Shown here: piece after piece, positions 53,343 through 62,814 of the stretch | How the letters are laid out: every line of letters begins with the position of its first letter | Position numbering within the stretch: the stretch's first letter is position 1 | Assembly: GCA_047611125.1 (NCBI GenBank) | Contig: JBLFXH010000001.1 | Coordinates: 654 to 64,653, forward strand | Reading direction: 5' to 3' | DNA: 64,000 nucleotides | Source: Rhodothermales bacterium | GTDB lineage: Bacteria > Bacteroidota > Rhodothermia > Rhodothermales > UBA10348 | Made by a program: the position numbers and the translations under genes | Notes under the pieces: generated by a model | Databases searched by the model: none | Seen by the model: the letters and a program-made list of their open reading frames with translations, nothing else | What the model was told of the DNA's origin: nothing

Positions 53343-54269
53343 ATGTCCGTCACCTGGGAAGGAGTATTCCCCGCCGTCACCACCAAGTTCAACGATGCAC
53401 TCGAAATCGATGCCCATTGGACCGAAGTAAACCTGGAGGCGCAAATCGCCGCAGGTGCTGCAGGCATCGTGGTAAGCGGATCGCTTGGAGAGGCATCGAC
53501 TCTGAGCATGGAGGAGAAAGCCGAGCTGGTAGAACTCACCGTCAGACTGGTGAAAGGCCGAGTGCCGACGATCTGCGGAATCGCACAGCGCACCACCGCT
53601 GACGCCTGCACGATGTGCAAGATGGCGGAAGCCGCGGGAGCACAGGGCCTGATGCTCCTCCCACCGATGTTGTACACGAGCGATCGCCGGGAGACCATCA
53701 CATTTCTAAGAACGGTAGCGGCGGCTACCGATCTCCCCATCATGCTCTACAACAATCCGGTCGCGTACAACGTGGACCTAACGCCGGAGATGCTGCAGGA
53801 GTTGGCCGACGAGCCCAAGTTCGAGGCCGTCAAGGAATCCTCGGACGACGTGCGCCGGATCACCGACATCGTAAACCTAGTGGGTGATCGCTACGCAATA
53901 TTTACGGGCGTAGACAACGTGGCCCTGGAGGCGCTGATGCTTGGGGCCGTGGGATGGATTGCAGGCCTGGTGGACGCATTCCCTCGCGAGACGGTGGCCA
54001 TATACAACCTGGCCAGACAGGGACGCTACGCGGAGGCCCTCAAGATCTACCGCTGGTTCATGCCACTGCTACACCTGGATGTGAACATAAAACTGGTGCA
54101 GAACATCAAACTCGCTGAGTCTATGGTAGGACTGGGTACGGAAACAGTCCGCCCACCGCGCCTACCGCTCGCCGGGGAGGAGCGCACTAGGGTTATCGCG
54201 ACCATCAACGAGGCACTCGCCAATCGGCCGGAGGAACTGGTCAGCCAGGCCCTCGGCCAACCATGCTAG
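53343..54269 (+). CDS. DapA/DHDPS-family lyase, candidate delta1-pyrroline-4-hydroxy-2-carboxylate deaminase
   Basis: DHDPS-family pattern 'GIVVSGSLGEASTLSMEEK', 'YNNPVAYNVDL', 'AVKESSDD'. The specific function is inferred from the hydroxyproline gene context. Confidence 0.7.
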   Translation: MSVTWEGVFPAVTTKFNDALEIDAHWTEVNLEAQIAAGAAGIVVSGSLGEASTLSMEEKAELVELTVRLVKGRVPTICGIAQRTTADACTMCKMAEAAGAQGLMLLPPMLYTSDRRETITFLRTVAAATDLPIMLYNNPVAYNVDLTPEMLQELADEPKFEAVKESSDDVRRITDIVNLVGDRYAIFTGVDNVALEALMLGAVGWIAGLVDAFPRETVAIYNLARQGRYAEALKIYRWFMPLLHLDVNIKLVQNIKLAESMVGLGTETVRPPRLPLAGEERTRVIATINEALANRPEELVSQALGQPC

Positions 54270-54270
54270 C

Positions 54271-54918
54271 ATGCTAGCCACCGAGGCAGCGCCGACGTTA
54301 GCAGAGGGGGCCTATGAGCGCGTAGAGTCCCTCATAGTAACTCTGCAGTTGGAGCCCGGGGCAGTCTTCTCAGAAGGCACCCTGGCGGAGTCACTCGACA
54401 TCGGACGGACGCCGCTGAGAGAAGCCCTCCAGCGCTTGGCCGCCGAGGGTCTAATGACAGCGATACCCCGCCGGGGGATGATGGTCAGCCCGATTGACCT
54501 TCGCGAAATGCTGTCCGTCATCCAGACCAGAAAAGCGCTGGATGCCATCATCCACTCCGGAGCGGCCCGGAAGGCTACCGACCGAGAACGGAACGACATA
54601 AGGGAGGCGAGGCAAGAACTGATCGGTACAGCCGGCGGCGCGCTGCACTTCATGGAAGCGGACTACAATCTGGACAAGGCAATCTGGGACGCAGCACCGA
54701 ACCAATACGCCGTCCAAGCCACCCGGCCGCTGCACGCACACTGTCGCCGTTTCTGGTTCAAACACCAAGAAGATGACGACCTCCGCCGCTCCGCGGACCT
54801 GCACGACGCCGTAGTCGAAGCGGTAATACGCGGTGACGCGGTTGCCGCGCGGGAACGGAGCGACAAGCTCATGGATTACCTGACCCTGTTTACCAAGCAC
54901 ATACTCATCGCAGCCTGA
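54271..54918 (+). CDS. GntR-family (FadR/FCD subfamily) transcriptional regulator
   Basis: wHTH 'FSEGTLAESLDIGRTPLREALQRLAAEGLM' plus a helical C-terminal FCD-like domain. Confidence 0.85.
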   Translation: MLATEAAPTLAEGAYERVESLIVTLQLEPGAVFSEGTLAESLDIGRTPLREALQRLAAEGLMTAIPRRGMMVSPIDLREMLSVIQTRKALDAIIHSGAARKATDRERNDIREARQELIGTAGGALHFMEADYNLDKAIWDAAPNQYAVQATRPLHAHCRRFWFKHQEDDDLRRSADLHDAVVEAVIRGDAVAARERSDKLMDYLTLFTKHILIAA

Positions 54919-54921
54919 CAC

Positions 54922-56559
54922 ATGAACGCCACAACAACTCTGACAGGAGCGAATCTGATCGCAGGAAACGAGAGTGCCGAAGGTCGCGGGCAGATAGCCG
55001 GCGTCAATCCGGTAGACGGTAGCACACTCGCACCCTTCTTCCACGAAGCCACCGAGGCTGAGATCAGTCAGGCGGTAAAGCAGGCAACAGCTGCCTTCGT
55101 GGCCAACAAGAGCCGAAGTGCCGAAGACTGGGCCATGCTCCTGGAGACCATCGCCGATGAGATCGAAGCGCTAGGCGATACTCTCATAAACCGCGTGATG
55201 GCGGAAACTGGCTTGCCGGAAGGAAGAGTTCGGGGTGAGAGAGGGCGCACCATGGGACAGCTCAGGCTGTTCGCGAGCGTCACCCGGGAGGGTTCATGGG
55301 TAGACGCCAGGATTGAAACGGCGCTCCCAGACAGGGCACCCATTCCGAGACCGGACATACGGAGCATGCTGCGTTCGATAGGTCCAGTCGCCGTGTTCGG
55401 CGCCTCAAACTTCCCGTTGGCGTTCTCAGTCGCCGGCGGGGACACGGCATCTGCGCTGGCAGCCGGATGCCCCGTGGTCTGCAAGGCACACCCTGCTCAC
55501 CCCGGGACTTCAGAACTCGTCGGTCGAGCCATCGGTGCCGCCGTCGCCGGTCAGGGCTTTCATCCCGGGACCTTCTCACTTGTGCATGGTGCAGGAGCAC
55601 CCGTCGGCCTGAAGCTCGTGCAAGAGCCGGGAATAGCCGCGGTTGGATTTACTGGATCGCTAACCGCAGGGCGAGCCATCTTTGATGCAGCGGCGGCCAG
55701 AGCCACCCCCGTGCCGGTGTTCGCCGAGATGGGCAGTACCAACCCGGTCTTCCTCATGCCTGCTGCCATCGCCAAAAGAGGCGAAGCCATCGCGGCCGGG
55801 CTTGCCGGCTCGGTCACGCTGGGATCAGGTCAGTTCTGCACCAATCCCGGCCTCGTATTCGCAGTCGAAAGCCCCGCAACAGAATCGTTCGCGGTCTCGC
55901 TAGCCGCCCGCATCGACGCGCTTGGATCGCAAACCATGTTGCACAAGGGGATCGCAGATGGATTCAGTGCAGGCCTTGGTCGAGCCGCCCAAACAGCCGG
56001 AGTGTCCACATTGGCCTGCGGGGCAGAGGCAGCGACTGGTGACGGCGTAGCCGACGCCGCCGCACAGGCTCAGCCTTGCATACTTAAGACGAGCGGCGTC
56101 ACATTTGCCGCCAATCCGCACCTGCATGAGGAAGTCTTTGGGCCGGCCTCGATTCTGGTTGTCTGTGCGGATGCAGATGAGATGACCGCCTTGGCTGCGA
56201 ACCTAGACGGTAGCCTAACAGGTACCGTCCACATGGAGGAAGGCGAAATCGGGGACGCGAGCGACCTCGTGGGATGCCTGGAGGGCGTAGTCGGCCGCGT
56301 GGTGGTCAACGGATTTCCGACGGGCGTCGAAGTCTCGCACGCTATGCACCACGGTGGGCCGTACCCGTCTACCACTGCACCCTCGACAACATCGGTGGGG
56401 ACCAGAGCAATTCTCCGTTTCGCGCGGCCGGTTTGCTATCAGGACTACCCGGAGCAGCTTCTTCCGGCGGCCCTGACAAACGGCAACCCGCAGGGCATCG
56501 TGCGCATGATCAATGGTGAGCGCACACGCGAGACGATTTCCAGCGAACCCGCCGTCTGA
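54922..56559 (+). CDS. Aldehyde dehydrogenase, candidate alpha-ketoglutarate semialdehyde dehydrogenase
   Basis: ALDH-superfamily pattern 'FGASNFPLAFSVAGGD', 'VGFTGS', 'EMGSTNPVF', 'GQFCTNPG' (catalytic Cys). Function inferred from context. Confidence 0.7.
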   Translation: MNATTTLTGANLIAGNESAEGRGQIAGVNPVDGSTLAPFFHEATEAEISQAVKQATAAFVANKSRSAEDWAMLLETIADEIEALGDTLINRVMAETGLPEGRVRGERGRTMGQLRLFASVTREGSWVDARIETALPDRAPIPRPDIRSMLRSIGPVAVFGASNFPLAFSVAGGDTASALAAGCPVVCKAHPAHPGTSELVGRAIGAAVAGQGFHPGTFSLVHGAGAPVGLKLVQEPGIAAVGFTGSLTAGRAIFDAAAARATPVPVFAEMGSTNPVFLMPAAIAKRGEAIAAGLAGSVTLGSGQFCTNPGLVFAVESPATESFAVSLAARIDALGSQTMLHKGIADGFSAGLGRAAQTAGVSTLACGAEAATGDGVADAAAQAQPCILKTSGVTFAANPHLHEEVFGPASILVVCADADEMTALAANLDGSLTGTVHMEEGEIGDASDLVGCLEGVVGRVVVNGFPTGVEVSHAMHHGGPYPSTTAPSTTSVGTRAILRFARPVCYQDYPEQLLPAALTNGNPQGIVRMINGERTRETISSEPAV

Positions 56560-56573
56560 CCGGCTAAGCGGCC

Positions 56574-57575
56574 ATGGCGCGACACACGTTTGATTGCATT
56601 GACGCTCACACGTGCGGCAACCCGGTCCGGGTTGTCCGCGGCGGTGGACCAGAGCTTGTCGGCGCCAGTATGCGGGTGCGCCGCAAGCATTTCATGGACG
56701 AGTTCGATTGGATTCGAACCGGCCTGATGTTCGAGCCGCGCGGCCACGACGTCATGTCAGGATCCATTCTCTACCCATCCACCCGACAGGACTGTGATAT
56801 CGCAATTCTCTTTATCGAGACTAGCGGCTGTCTGCCCATGTGTGGCCATGGGACGATTGGAACGGTCACAGCGATGCTGGAATACGACCTCGTCCAGCCT
56901 GCAGAGCCCGGGTTGGTGCGACTCGATACGCCCGCGGGACGAGTGGACGCCTATTACACCATGGACGGCTCGAGGGTGTCAAGCGTGCGTCTAATCAACA
57001 TACCCTCATTCCTGGCCGCTGAGGGTTTGACTGTTGAATGCCCGGACTTGGGGGTGCTGAAGATGGATGTAGGCTACGGAGGAAACTTCTATGCCATCGT
57101 AGACCCCCAGGAGAACTACCGCGACTTGGCCGATCACCCGGTCAGTGATCTTCTCCGGTGGAGCCCCATCTTGCGAAAGAGACTGAACGAATCCTACACC
57201 TTCGAGCATCCAGAAGACCCGACCATCCGCGGCCTGAGTCACATCGAATGGACTGGCGCTCCCGTCAGGCCTACATCTACCAGTCGCAACGCCGTCTTCT
57301 ACGGAGACAAGGCCATTGACCGGTCACCCTGCGGTACTGGTACCAGCGCCCGGATGGCCCAGTGGGCTGCCCGGGGACAGCTCAAAGAAGGCGACGAATT
57401 CGTGCACGAGAGCATCATAGGAAGCCAGTTCATTGGCCGCATAGAAGGCCGCACGAAGGTCGGCGCCATTGATGCGATCATTCCGAGCATAGAGGGCTGG
57501 GCCCGTGTGACGGGTGAAAACACCATATTTCTAGATGACGACGACCCGTTCAGGGACGGCTTTACGGTCCAATGA
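56574..57575 (+). CDS. Proline-racemase-family enzyme, candidate 4-hydroxyproline 2-epimerase
   Basis: 'IDAHTCGNPVRVV', and both catalytic cysteines are present ('LPMCGHGTIG' and 'DRSPCGTGTSA'). The Cys/Cys pair indicates an epimerase/racemase rather than a dehydratase. Confidence 0.8.
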   Translation: MARHTFDCIDAHTCGNPVRVVRGGGPELVGASMRVRRKHFMDEFDWIRTGLMFEPRGHDVMSGSILYPSTRQDCDIAILFIETSGCLPMCGHGTIGTVTAMLEYDLVQPAEPGLVRLDTPAGRVDAYYTMDGSRVSSVRLINIPSFLAAEGLTVECPDLGVLKMDVGYGGNFYAIVDPQENYRDLADHPVSDLLRWSPILRKRLNESYTFEHPEDPTIRGLSHIEWTGAPVRPTSTSRNAVFYGDKAIDRSPCGTGTSARMAQWAARGQLKEGDEFVHESIIGSQFIGRIEGRTKVGAIDAIIPSIEGWARVTGENTIFLDDDDPFRDGFTVQ

Positions 57576-58789
57576 GCGTGCCTGAGCAATGCGCCGATGT
57601 TGTCGTGATCGGAGGCGGAGTGATCGGTCTGACGACGGCCCTGTATCTCCAGCGCGCGGGCCGATCAGTGACTCTCGTGGCAGCGAGCTTGGCCGGCGAA
57701 GGCGCTTCTGCCGGGAACGCAGGCATGATCGTACCGAGTCATGTCATTCCGCTGTCTGCCCCCGGGGTCATCTCGCAGGGGTTGCGCTGGCTGACTCGCA
57801 GGGATGCGCCTTTTCACCTCAAGCCGCAACTGAACCTGGCGTTTCTCCGCTGGCTGTGGCAGTTCAGGGCTCACTGCACGGCGGCGCACGTAGAGCGCTG
57901 CATTCCGATCCTCCGCGACCTCGGTCTTGCCAGCGTAGAGGGGTTCGATGAGCTGGCCGCGGAAAGCGATGACTTCGGCCTGGCGCACACCGGCCTGCTC
58001 ATTGCCTACCATACTCCGGCGATGGAGGACGCGATGGCCCACGAAGCCGAGAAGGCCCGGTGCGCTGGTCTGGAAGCGCGAGTTCTCGATACCGCCGGCC
58101 TTCGGGCCAAGCAACCGCACCTCCGCTCCAATGCAACCGGCGCCATTCTGTATGAGCAGGATGCCCGGGTAGACCCAAACCTGCTTCTGGCATCTCTCTG
58201 TCGCCGGTTCGAGGAAGCTGGCGGCGAAATGAGGCACGGCGTCACGGTGTCCAGCATCGAGTCAGGCCGAGTGACACTACTGGGCGGGGAGCTGACCGCT
58301 GAAGATATTGTGGTCTGCGCAGGAGCCTGGACGCCGCGCCTGGTGCCACGAATCAGCATTCAGCCGGCCAGAGGCTACAGCGTAACCATCAAGGCGCCCC
58401 GCGACTCTCCTCCAATCCCGATGATCCTCATAGAGGACCGCGTCACGATGACACTCATGCCGGGCAAGCTGCGGTTTGCCGGCACGCTGTCACTGTCCGG
58501 ATTCGAGTCGAAGGTGGATCAGCTTCGGATCCGGCCCATCCTGGACGAAGCCAGGCGCTACCAACCCGACCTGAACACGGACGAACTGCCAGTGTGGTCA
58601 GGGTACCGCCCCGCATCTCCGGACGGTCTTCCCTTCATTGGCCGGGTTGCTGACGGAGTCTGGGTCAACGCCGGCCACGGCATGATGGGCGTGTCCCTGG
58701 CCCCGGCCTCCGGCAAGCTCATGTGCGCATTGGTAACGGGTACAGAGCCACCCGTATCTCCAGGACCGTTCGCCCCCGACAGACTCTAG
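57572..58789 (+). CDS. FAD-dependent (DAO-family) oxidoreductase, candidate D-hydroxyproline dehydrogenase
   Basis: 'DVVVIGGGVIGLTTALYL' dinucleotide-binding motif. 405 aa. ATGA overlap with the epimerase gene. Confidence 0.7.
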   Translation: MSVPEQCADVVVIGGGVIGLTTALYLQRAGRSVTLVAASLAGEGASAGNAGMIVPSHVIPLSAPGVISQGLRWLTRRDAPFHLKPQLNLAFLRWLWQFRAHCTAAHVERCIPILRDLGLASVEGFDELAAESDDFGLAHTGLLIAYHTPAMEDAMAHEAEKARCAGLEARVLDTAGLRAKQPHLRSNATGAILYEQDARVDPNLLLASLCRRFEEAGGEMRHGVTVSSIESGRVTLLGGELTAEDIVVCAGAWTPRLVPRISIQPARGYSVTIKAPRDSPPIPMILIEDRVTMTLMPGKLRFAGTLSLSGFESKVDQLRIRPILDEARRYQPDLNTDELPVWSGYRPASPDGLPFIGRVADGVWVNAGHGMMGVSLAPASGKLMCALVTGTEPPVSPGPFAPDRL

Positions 58790-58813
58790 AGCCGAACTAG
58801 GACCCCAAAGGCC

Positions 58814-60658
58814 CTAGACGATGCCCGCGTACATCTCGTCAATCAACTCGGCAAAGTTTTTTTCGATAATCTTACGACGGAGTTTCAGCGTCGGCGTCAT
58901 CATGCCGTTCTCGACTGAGAACGCCTCGGCCACCATGCGGAAATTCCTGATCTTCTCGGGGCCCGCAGCGGTCTTGGAGTAGGCGCGAAAGACCTGCTTA
59001 AAGGCCTCAGCCAGCTGATCTTCGCCGCCGGCCATCCTGACCGCATCCTCGTTGGCGACAACCAGCGCGGTAAGGAATTCGCGACCCTCGCCGACTACCA
59101 TCATTTGATCAATGAGTGGCTCGGTCTTGAAAAGCTCCTCGATGGGCCCTGGGTAGATGTTCTTTCCACCCTTGGACACAATCATGTGTTTGATGCGATC
59201 CGTGATCCGGAGATATCCGCCCTCGAACCGACCGACGTCGCCCGTATGGTACCAGCCGCTTTCATCGATAGACTCACGCGTGGCCTGGTCATTCATCCAG
59301 TATCCGAGCATGATGTTTGGTCCCTTGGCCACAATCTCGCCTGCCTCCGAGTCCAGCGTGGTCGGGTAGTCCTTGCCCGAAATCTGCGCCTTGATCTCGC
59401 CTGACTCTAGGTCCATGATCCCGACCGTAACCTTATCGATCACATGACCGACGCTCCCGTAGCGCGGTGCCTTGAGTGGATTGATGGTCAGGACAGGGGA
59501 AGTCTCGGTCAGTCCGTAGCCCTCGACGATGGTAACGCCAGCCGCTTGGAAGAACTCACCGACTGCCGCGGGCAACGCCGCGCCGCCTGACACGGCAAAG
59601 CGGAGTCGGCCGCCCAGCTTCTCATGGAGCTTGGCAAAGACCAGCTTGTCGGCCATCCCTTTCTTCCAACGGATGTATGGATTTGCTCCGCCGTTGACCT
59701 CCGCCCGCGCATACTGCTTTCCCGAAGCCACCGACCAGTCGAATATCCGACGCTTGAGCGACGAGCCTTCATTAACCGACTTGGCGATCACGTTGTAGAC
59801 GCGTTCAAAGAGCCGCGGCACCGAGATCATGACCGTCGGATGAACCGACATCAGGTCCCGGTTGACCGTGTCGACGCTTTGTGCATACGTGATCCGTGCA
59901 CCACAGGCCAGGACACAGAGGAAGCCGGCCATCCGCTCGAAGGAATGGCAAAGCGGCAGGAAGGAGAGGTGATGGTCCGTTTCATGAAACGGAACCCGGT
60001 CCAGGGCGCCCGAGACGTTGGAGCAGAAGTTGGCGTGCGTAAGTCGCACACCCTTCGGATTCCCGGTCGTGCCGCTGGTGTAGATGAGGGCCGACATATC
60101 GTCCGGCTTGGTATTGCCGGCCAAGGGCGTTATCTCGGCCTCCCGCGCCTTGTAGGCCTTTGCTCCTGAAGAGAGTGCTTCATCCCATCCGGTCACGAAA
60201 TCAGGATGCGACTTCCGCATATCGGACATGGTCACGATGGTCTCCAACTCGGGGCAGTCCTCAAAGATTGCCTCGGCCTTCTTGAGTTGAATTCCGGTCG
60301 AGACAATGAAGACCTTCGCAGCCGAGTCCTTGACTATGTATCCGGCCTGCGTGGCTGGCAGGGACGTGTAGAGCGAGACGTTTACCGCACCCAGCATCTG
60401 GGTGGCAATATCCGTGACGGCCCACTCTGGCCGGTTCTCCGAAAGGATGGCCACCCGGTCACCAGGCCGCACACCGATCTCGTAGAGATACCCCATCATG
60501 TCCCGGACCGACGCGTGGAGCGTGTCCCAATCGATGTCAAACCAGGACTTGGACGGGCGATCCCAATGGCTCAGGACAGGCCTCCCCGATCCCGCATAGC
60601 GGTCAAAGAGACCGGCGAACAATTCGGGGACCGTGTTGAAAGAAACGACAGCCGGCAT
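58814..60658 (-). CDS. Long-chain fatty-acid--CoA ligase (AMP-dependent synthetase)
   Basis: Start trimmed to ATG 60658 (MPAVVSFNTVPELF). AMP-binding motif 'YTSGTTGNPKGV', 'EGYGLTETS', 'GWYHTGD', 'KGGKNIYP'. Confidence 0.85.
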   Translation of the reverse strand: MPAVVSFNTVPELFAGLFDRYAGSGRPVLSHWDRPSKSWFDIDWDTLHASVRDMMGYLYEIGVRPGDRVAILSENRPEWAVTDIATQMLGAVNVSLYTSLPATQAGYIVKDSAAKVFIVSTGIQLKKAEAIFEDCPELETIVTMSDMRKSHPDFVTGWDEALSSGAKAYKAREAEITPLAGNTKPDDMSALIYTSGTTGNPKGVRLTHANFCSNVSGALDRVPFHETDHHLSFLPLCHSFERMAGFLCVLACGARITYAQSVDTVNRDLMSVHPTVMISVPRLFERVYNVIAKSVNEGSSLKRRIFDWSVASGKQYARAEVNGGANPYIRWKKGMADKLVFAKLHEKLGGRLRFAVSGGAALPAAVGEFFQAAGVTIVEGYGLTETSPVLTINPLKAPRYGSVGHVIDKVTVGIMDLESGEIKAQISGKDYPTTLDSEAGEIVAKGPNIMLGYWMNDQATRESIDESGWYHTGDVGRFEGGYLRITDRIKHMIVSKGGKNIYPGPIEELFKTEPLIDQMMVVGEGREFLTALVVANEDAVRMAGGEDQLAEAFKQVFRAYSKTAAGPEKIRNFRMVAEAFSVENGMMTPTLKLRRKIIEKNFAELIDEMYAGIV

Positions 60659-60776
60659 GGTGTTCTCTGGCAGTGGTTGGGCAGTTGGAAAATGTACGCC
60701 TGCTCTCAGTGCCCTGCAATGAGGGCTAACCCCGGGAGAAAACCAGCCTGCGCGATGCCTTCGCCCGGACCGGGGA

Positions 60777-61880
60777 TCAGTTCGCCGGGCCCACACCCAC
60801 GGCATCGGAGACCGAGGCGAACCCGTCTCGCTCCAGGAGTTCGTCCAACTCCATCTTGATCAGTCGGAAGACCGCAGGCCCCTCATAGACCAGGGCGGTA
60901 TACAACTGGACGAGGGACGCCCCGGCCCGAATCTTGTCGTAGGCATCCTGCCCCGTAGACACCCCGCCCACACCGATGATTGGGAGTTTGCCGCCGGTCT
61001 TCTCGTAGAGGTATCTAACCAGTTCGGTGGATCGGGATCGTAGCGGAGGTCCGGAGAGTCCACCAGGGCCGATGGCGGCCAGGCGTTCCTCGGAGACGTC
61101 AATAAGGTCCCGTCCCGACTCCGTGTTGGAAGCCACGAAGCCGTCTATGCCGTGCGCCCTGGAAACTGCGACGATCTCGTCCACCTGGCTGTCCAGCACT
61201 ACCCGGTCCGTCACCGGCGGAGACAATTTCAGCAGGATGGGTGGCGGGCTCTCCATCACCAAGCGGAGTGGCATGATGTACCCCAGCAGCTCATCAAGCG
61301 CGTTTGGGTCCTCAAAAGTCCGACCCTCTGCCGTATTCGGGCACGACAGGTTTAGCACCACCAGGGAGGAGAACGGGGCACAGGCGGAAAAACTGGTGGT
61401 GAAGTCCTTGATGGCATCCTGGCCCTGTATGGCTGGGTCGTGGGTCTTCGTCAGGCTTACCGCGAGTGGGATGGCCGGCGGATGACCGGCCGCGATCCGC
61501 CGGGCGATTCGGGCGGCGCCCTGATTGTTGAGTCCCATCCGATTGATGACGGCCCGTTCCTCTTCCAGCCTGAACATCCGAGGCTTCGGGTTTCCGCGAC
61601 TCTTCTTGGCGGTCACTGAGCCGATCTCCGCAAAACCACAGCCGAGGGCCTCCCAAAACCGAATCAGGCGGGCGTTCTTGTCGAATCCGGCCGCGATTCC
61701 AAGGGGATTGGCAAACGAGAGTCCCCAAACCTCAGTGCGCAGCCGCTCAGACTCATAACGGAAGCGCTTCTCCAGCATTCCGTGGGCCAGTCGCTGACCA
61801 GCGCGCGCGGCCATGCTTCCCATGTTGTGGGCACGTTCCGGGTCAAGGCGGAACAGGAACCTGCGGAGTCTTTCGTACAT
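60777..61880 (-). CDS. pyrD: Dihydroorotate dehydrogenase (quinone), class 2
   Basis: 'GLSFANPLGIAAGFDKN', 'FAEIGSVT', 'NRMGLNNQG', 'NLSCPNT', 'IIGVGGV'. Confidence 0.9.
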   Translation of the reverse strand: MYERLRRFLFRLDPERAHNMGSMAARAGQRLAHGMLEKRFRYESERLRTEVWGLSFANPLGIAAGFDKNARLIRFWEALGCGFAEIGSVTAKKSRGNPKPRMFRLEEERAVINRMGLNNQGAARIARRIAAGHPPAIPLAVSLTKTHDPAIQGQDAIKDFTTSFSACAPFSSLVVLNLSCPNTAEGRTFEDPNALDELLGYIMPLRLVMESPPPILLKLSPPVTDRVVLDSQVDEIVAVSRAHGIDGFVASNTESGRDLIDVSEERLAAIGPGGLSGPPLRSRSTELVRYLYEKTGGKLPIIGVGGVSTGQDAYDKIRAGASLVQLYTALVYEGPAVFRLIKMELDELLERDGFASVSDAVGVGPAN

Positions 61881-61971
61881 GTGAAGCGTCTACGTGTGGG
61901 CGCCGAAAAAGTACGCGACAGCAGCATGGGCCGTGCAGGCCCGGAACGTCTTAGACCACAATTATACGAGC

Positions 61972-62772
61972 ATGGCCCTAGCGTTTACTCAGGTGGATGC
62001 CTTCGCAGATAGCCCATTCACTGGAAACCCTGCAGCCGTATTTGTGCTGAACGAGTTCCCCGGGGATGATTTCCTCCTCAACGTGGCCAGGGAAATGAAC
62101 CTGTCTGAGACCGCGTTCTTGGTCAGGACAGGGGCCAACGAGTTTGACCTGCGCTGGTTTACGCCGGGGGGAGAGGTGGATTTGTGCGGCCACGCCACGC
62201 TGGGCTCGGCACATGTCCTATTTGATAGTTCTGCGGTTTCGGGCAAAGGTGTCAAGTTCAACACGCGGAGCGGTGTCCTCACGGTGGGCCGCAATCAAGA
62301 CGGCTCCATGACGATGGATTTTCCAGCTGAGCCCGCCGTCGGCAGGCCTAGGCCTGCCAATCTCGAGACCATTCTCGGGGCACCAGTCTCCTGGTACGGA
62401 GAAAACAGAATGGATGCCTTGGTGCAGTTGGCTGAGCCGGGTTGGGTGCGAGCACTGGACCCCGACCTGAGCGAGATAGCCCGCATGCCGGTACGCGGGC
62501 TGATCGTCACAGCCACGGGAGACTCGCCCGAATACGACTTCATATCTCGGTTCTTCGCGCCCCAGTTGGGTGTCCCGGAGGACCCAGTGACCGGATCCGC
62601 CCATTGTGCCCTAGCGCCCTTCTGGCATCAACGGCTCGGCAGAGCCAATCTGGTTGCCTTCCAGGCCTCGGCCCGGGGCGGTCGGGTGCGAATGCTCCAT
62701 AAGGACGACCGCGTCCTCCTGTCGGGAAAGGCCCTAACGGTGCTTCGCGGCGAACTGCTGGTTGATCCCTAA
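61972..62772 (+). CDS. PhzF-family isomerase-like protein
   Basis: Start trimmed to ATG 61972 (MALAFTQVDAFADSPFTGNPAAVF). 'LSETAFL', 'LRWFTPGGEVDLCGHATL', 'EDPVTGSAHCAL'. Confidence 0.85.
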   Translation: MALAFTQVDAFADSPFTGNPAAVFVLNEFPGDDFLLNVAREMNLSETAFLVRTGANEFDLRWFTPGGEVDLCGHATLGSAHVLFDSSAVSGKGVKFNTRSGVLTVGRNQDGSMTMDFPAEPAVGRPRPANLETILGAPVSWYGENRMDALVQLAEPGWVRALDPDLSEIARMPVRGLIVTATGDSPEYDFISRFFAPQLGVPEDPVTGSAHCALAPFWHQRLGRANLVAFQASARGGRVRMLHKDDRVLLSGKALTVLRGELLVDP

Positions 62773-62774
62773 GG

Positions 62775-62800
62775 CGTGAGTCGGGGGGTGCCGACTCACG
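62775..62800. terminator. Perfect 10-bp inverted repeat between convergent genes (hairpin without a U-tract)
   Basis: CGTGAGTCGG-GGGGTG-CCGACTCACG, located 3 nt after the PhzF-like stop and 15 nt from the minus-strand OMP stop. Confidence 0.45.
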
Positions 62801-62814
62801 GCCCGACCCGCAGT

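Noticed and set aside
57665-58237. 190-aa ORF on the minus strand
   Set aside because: Antisense to the DAO-family oxidoreductase gene. Shadow ORF.
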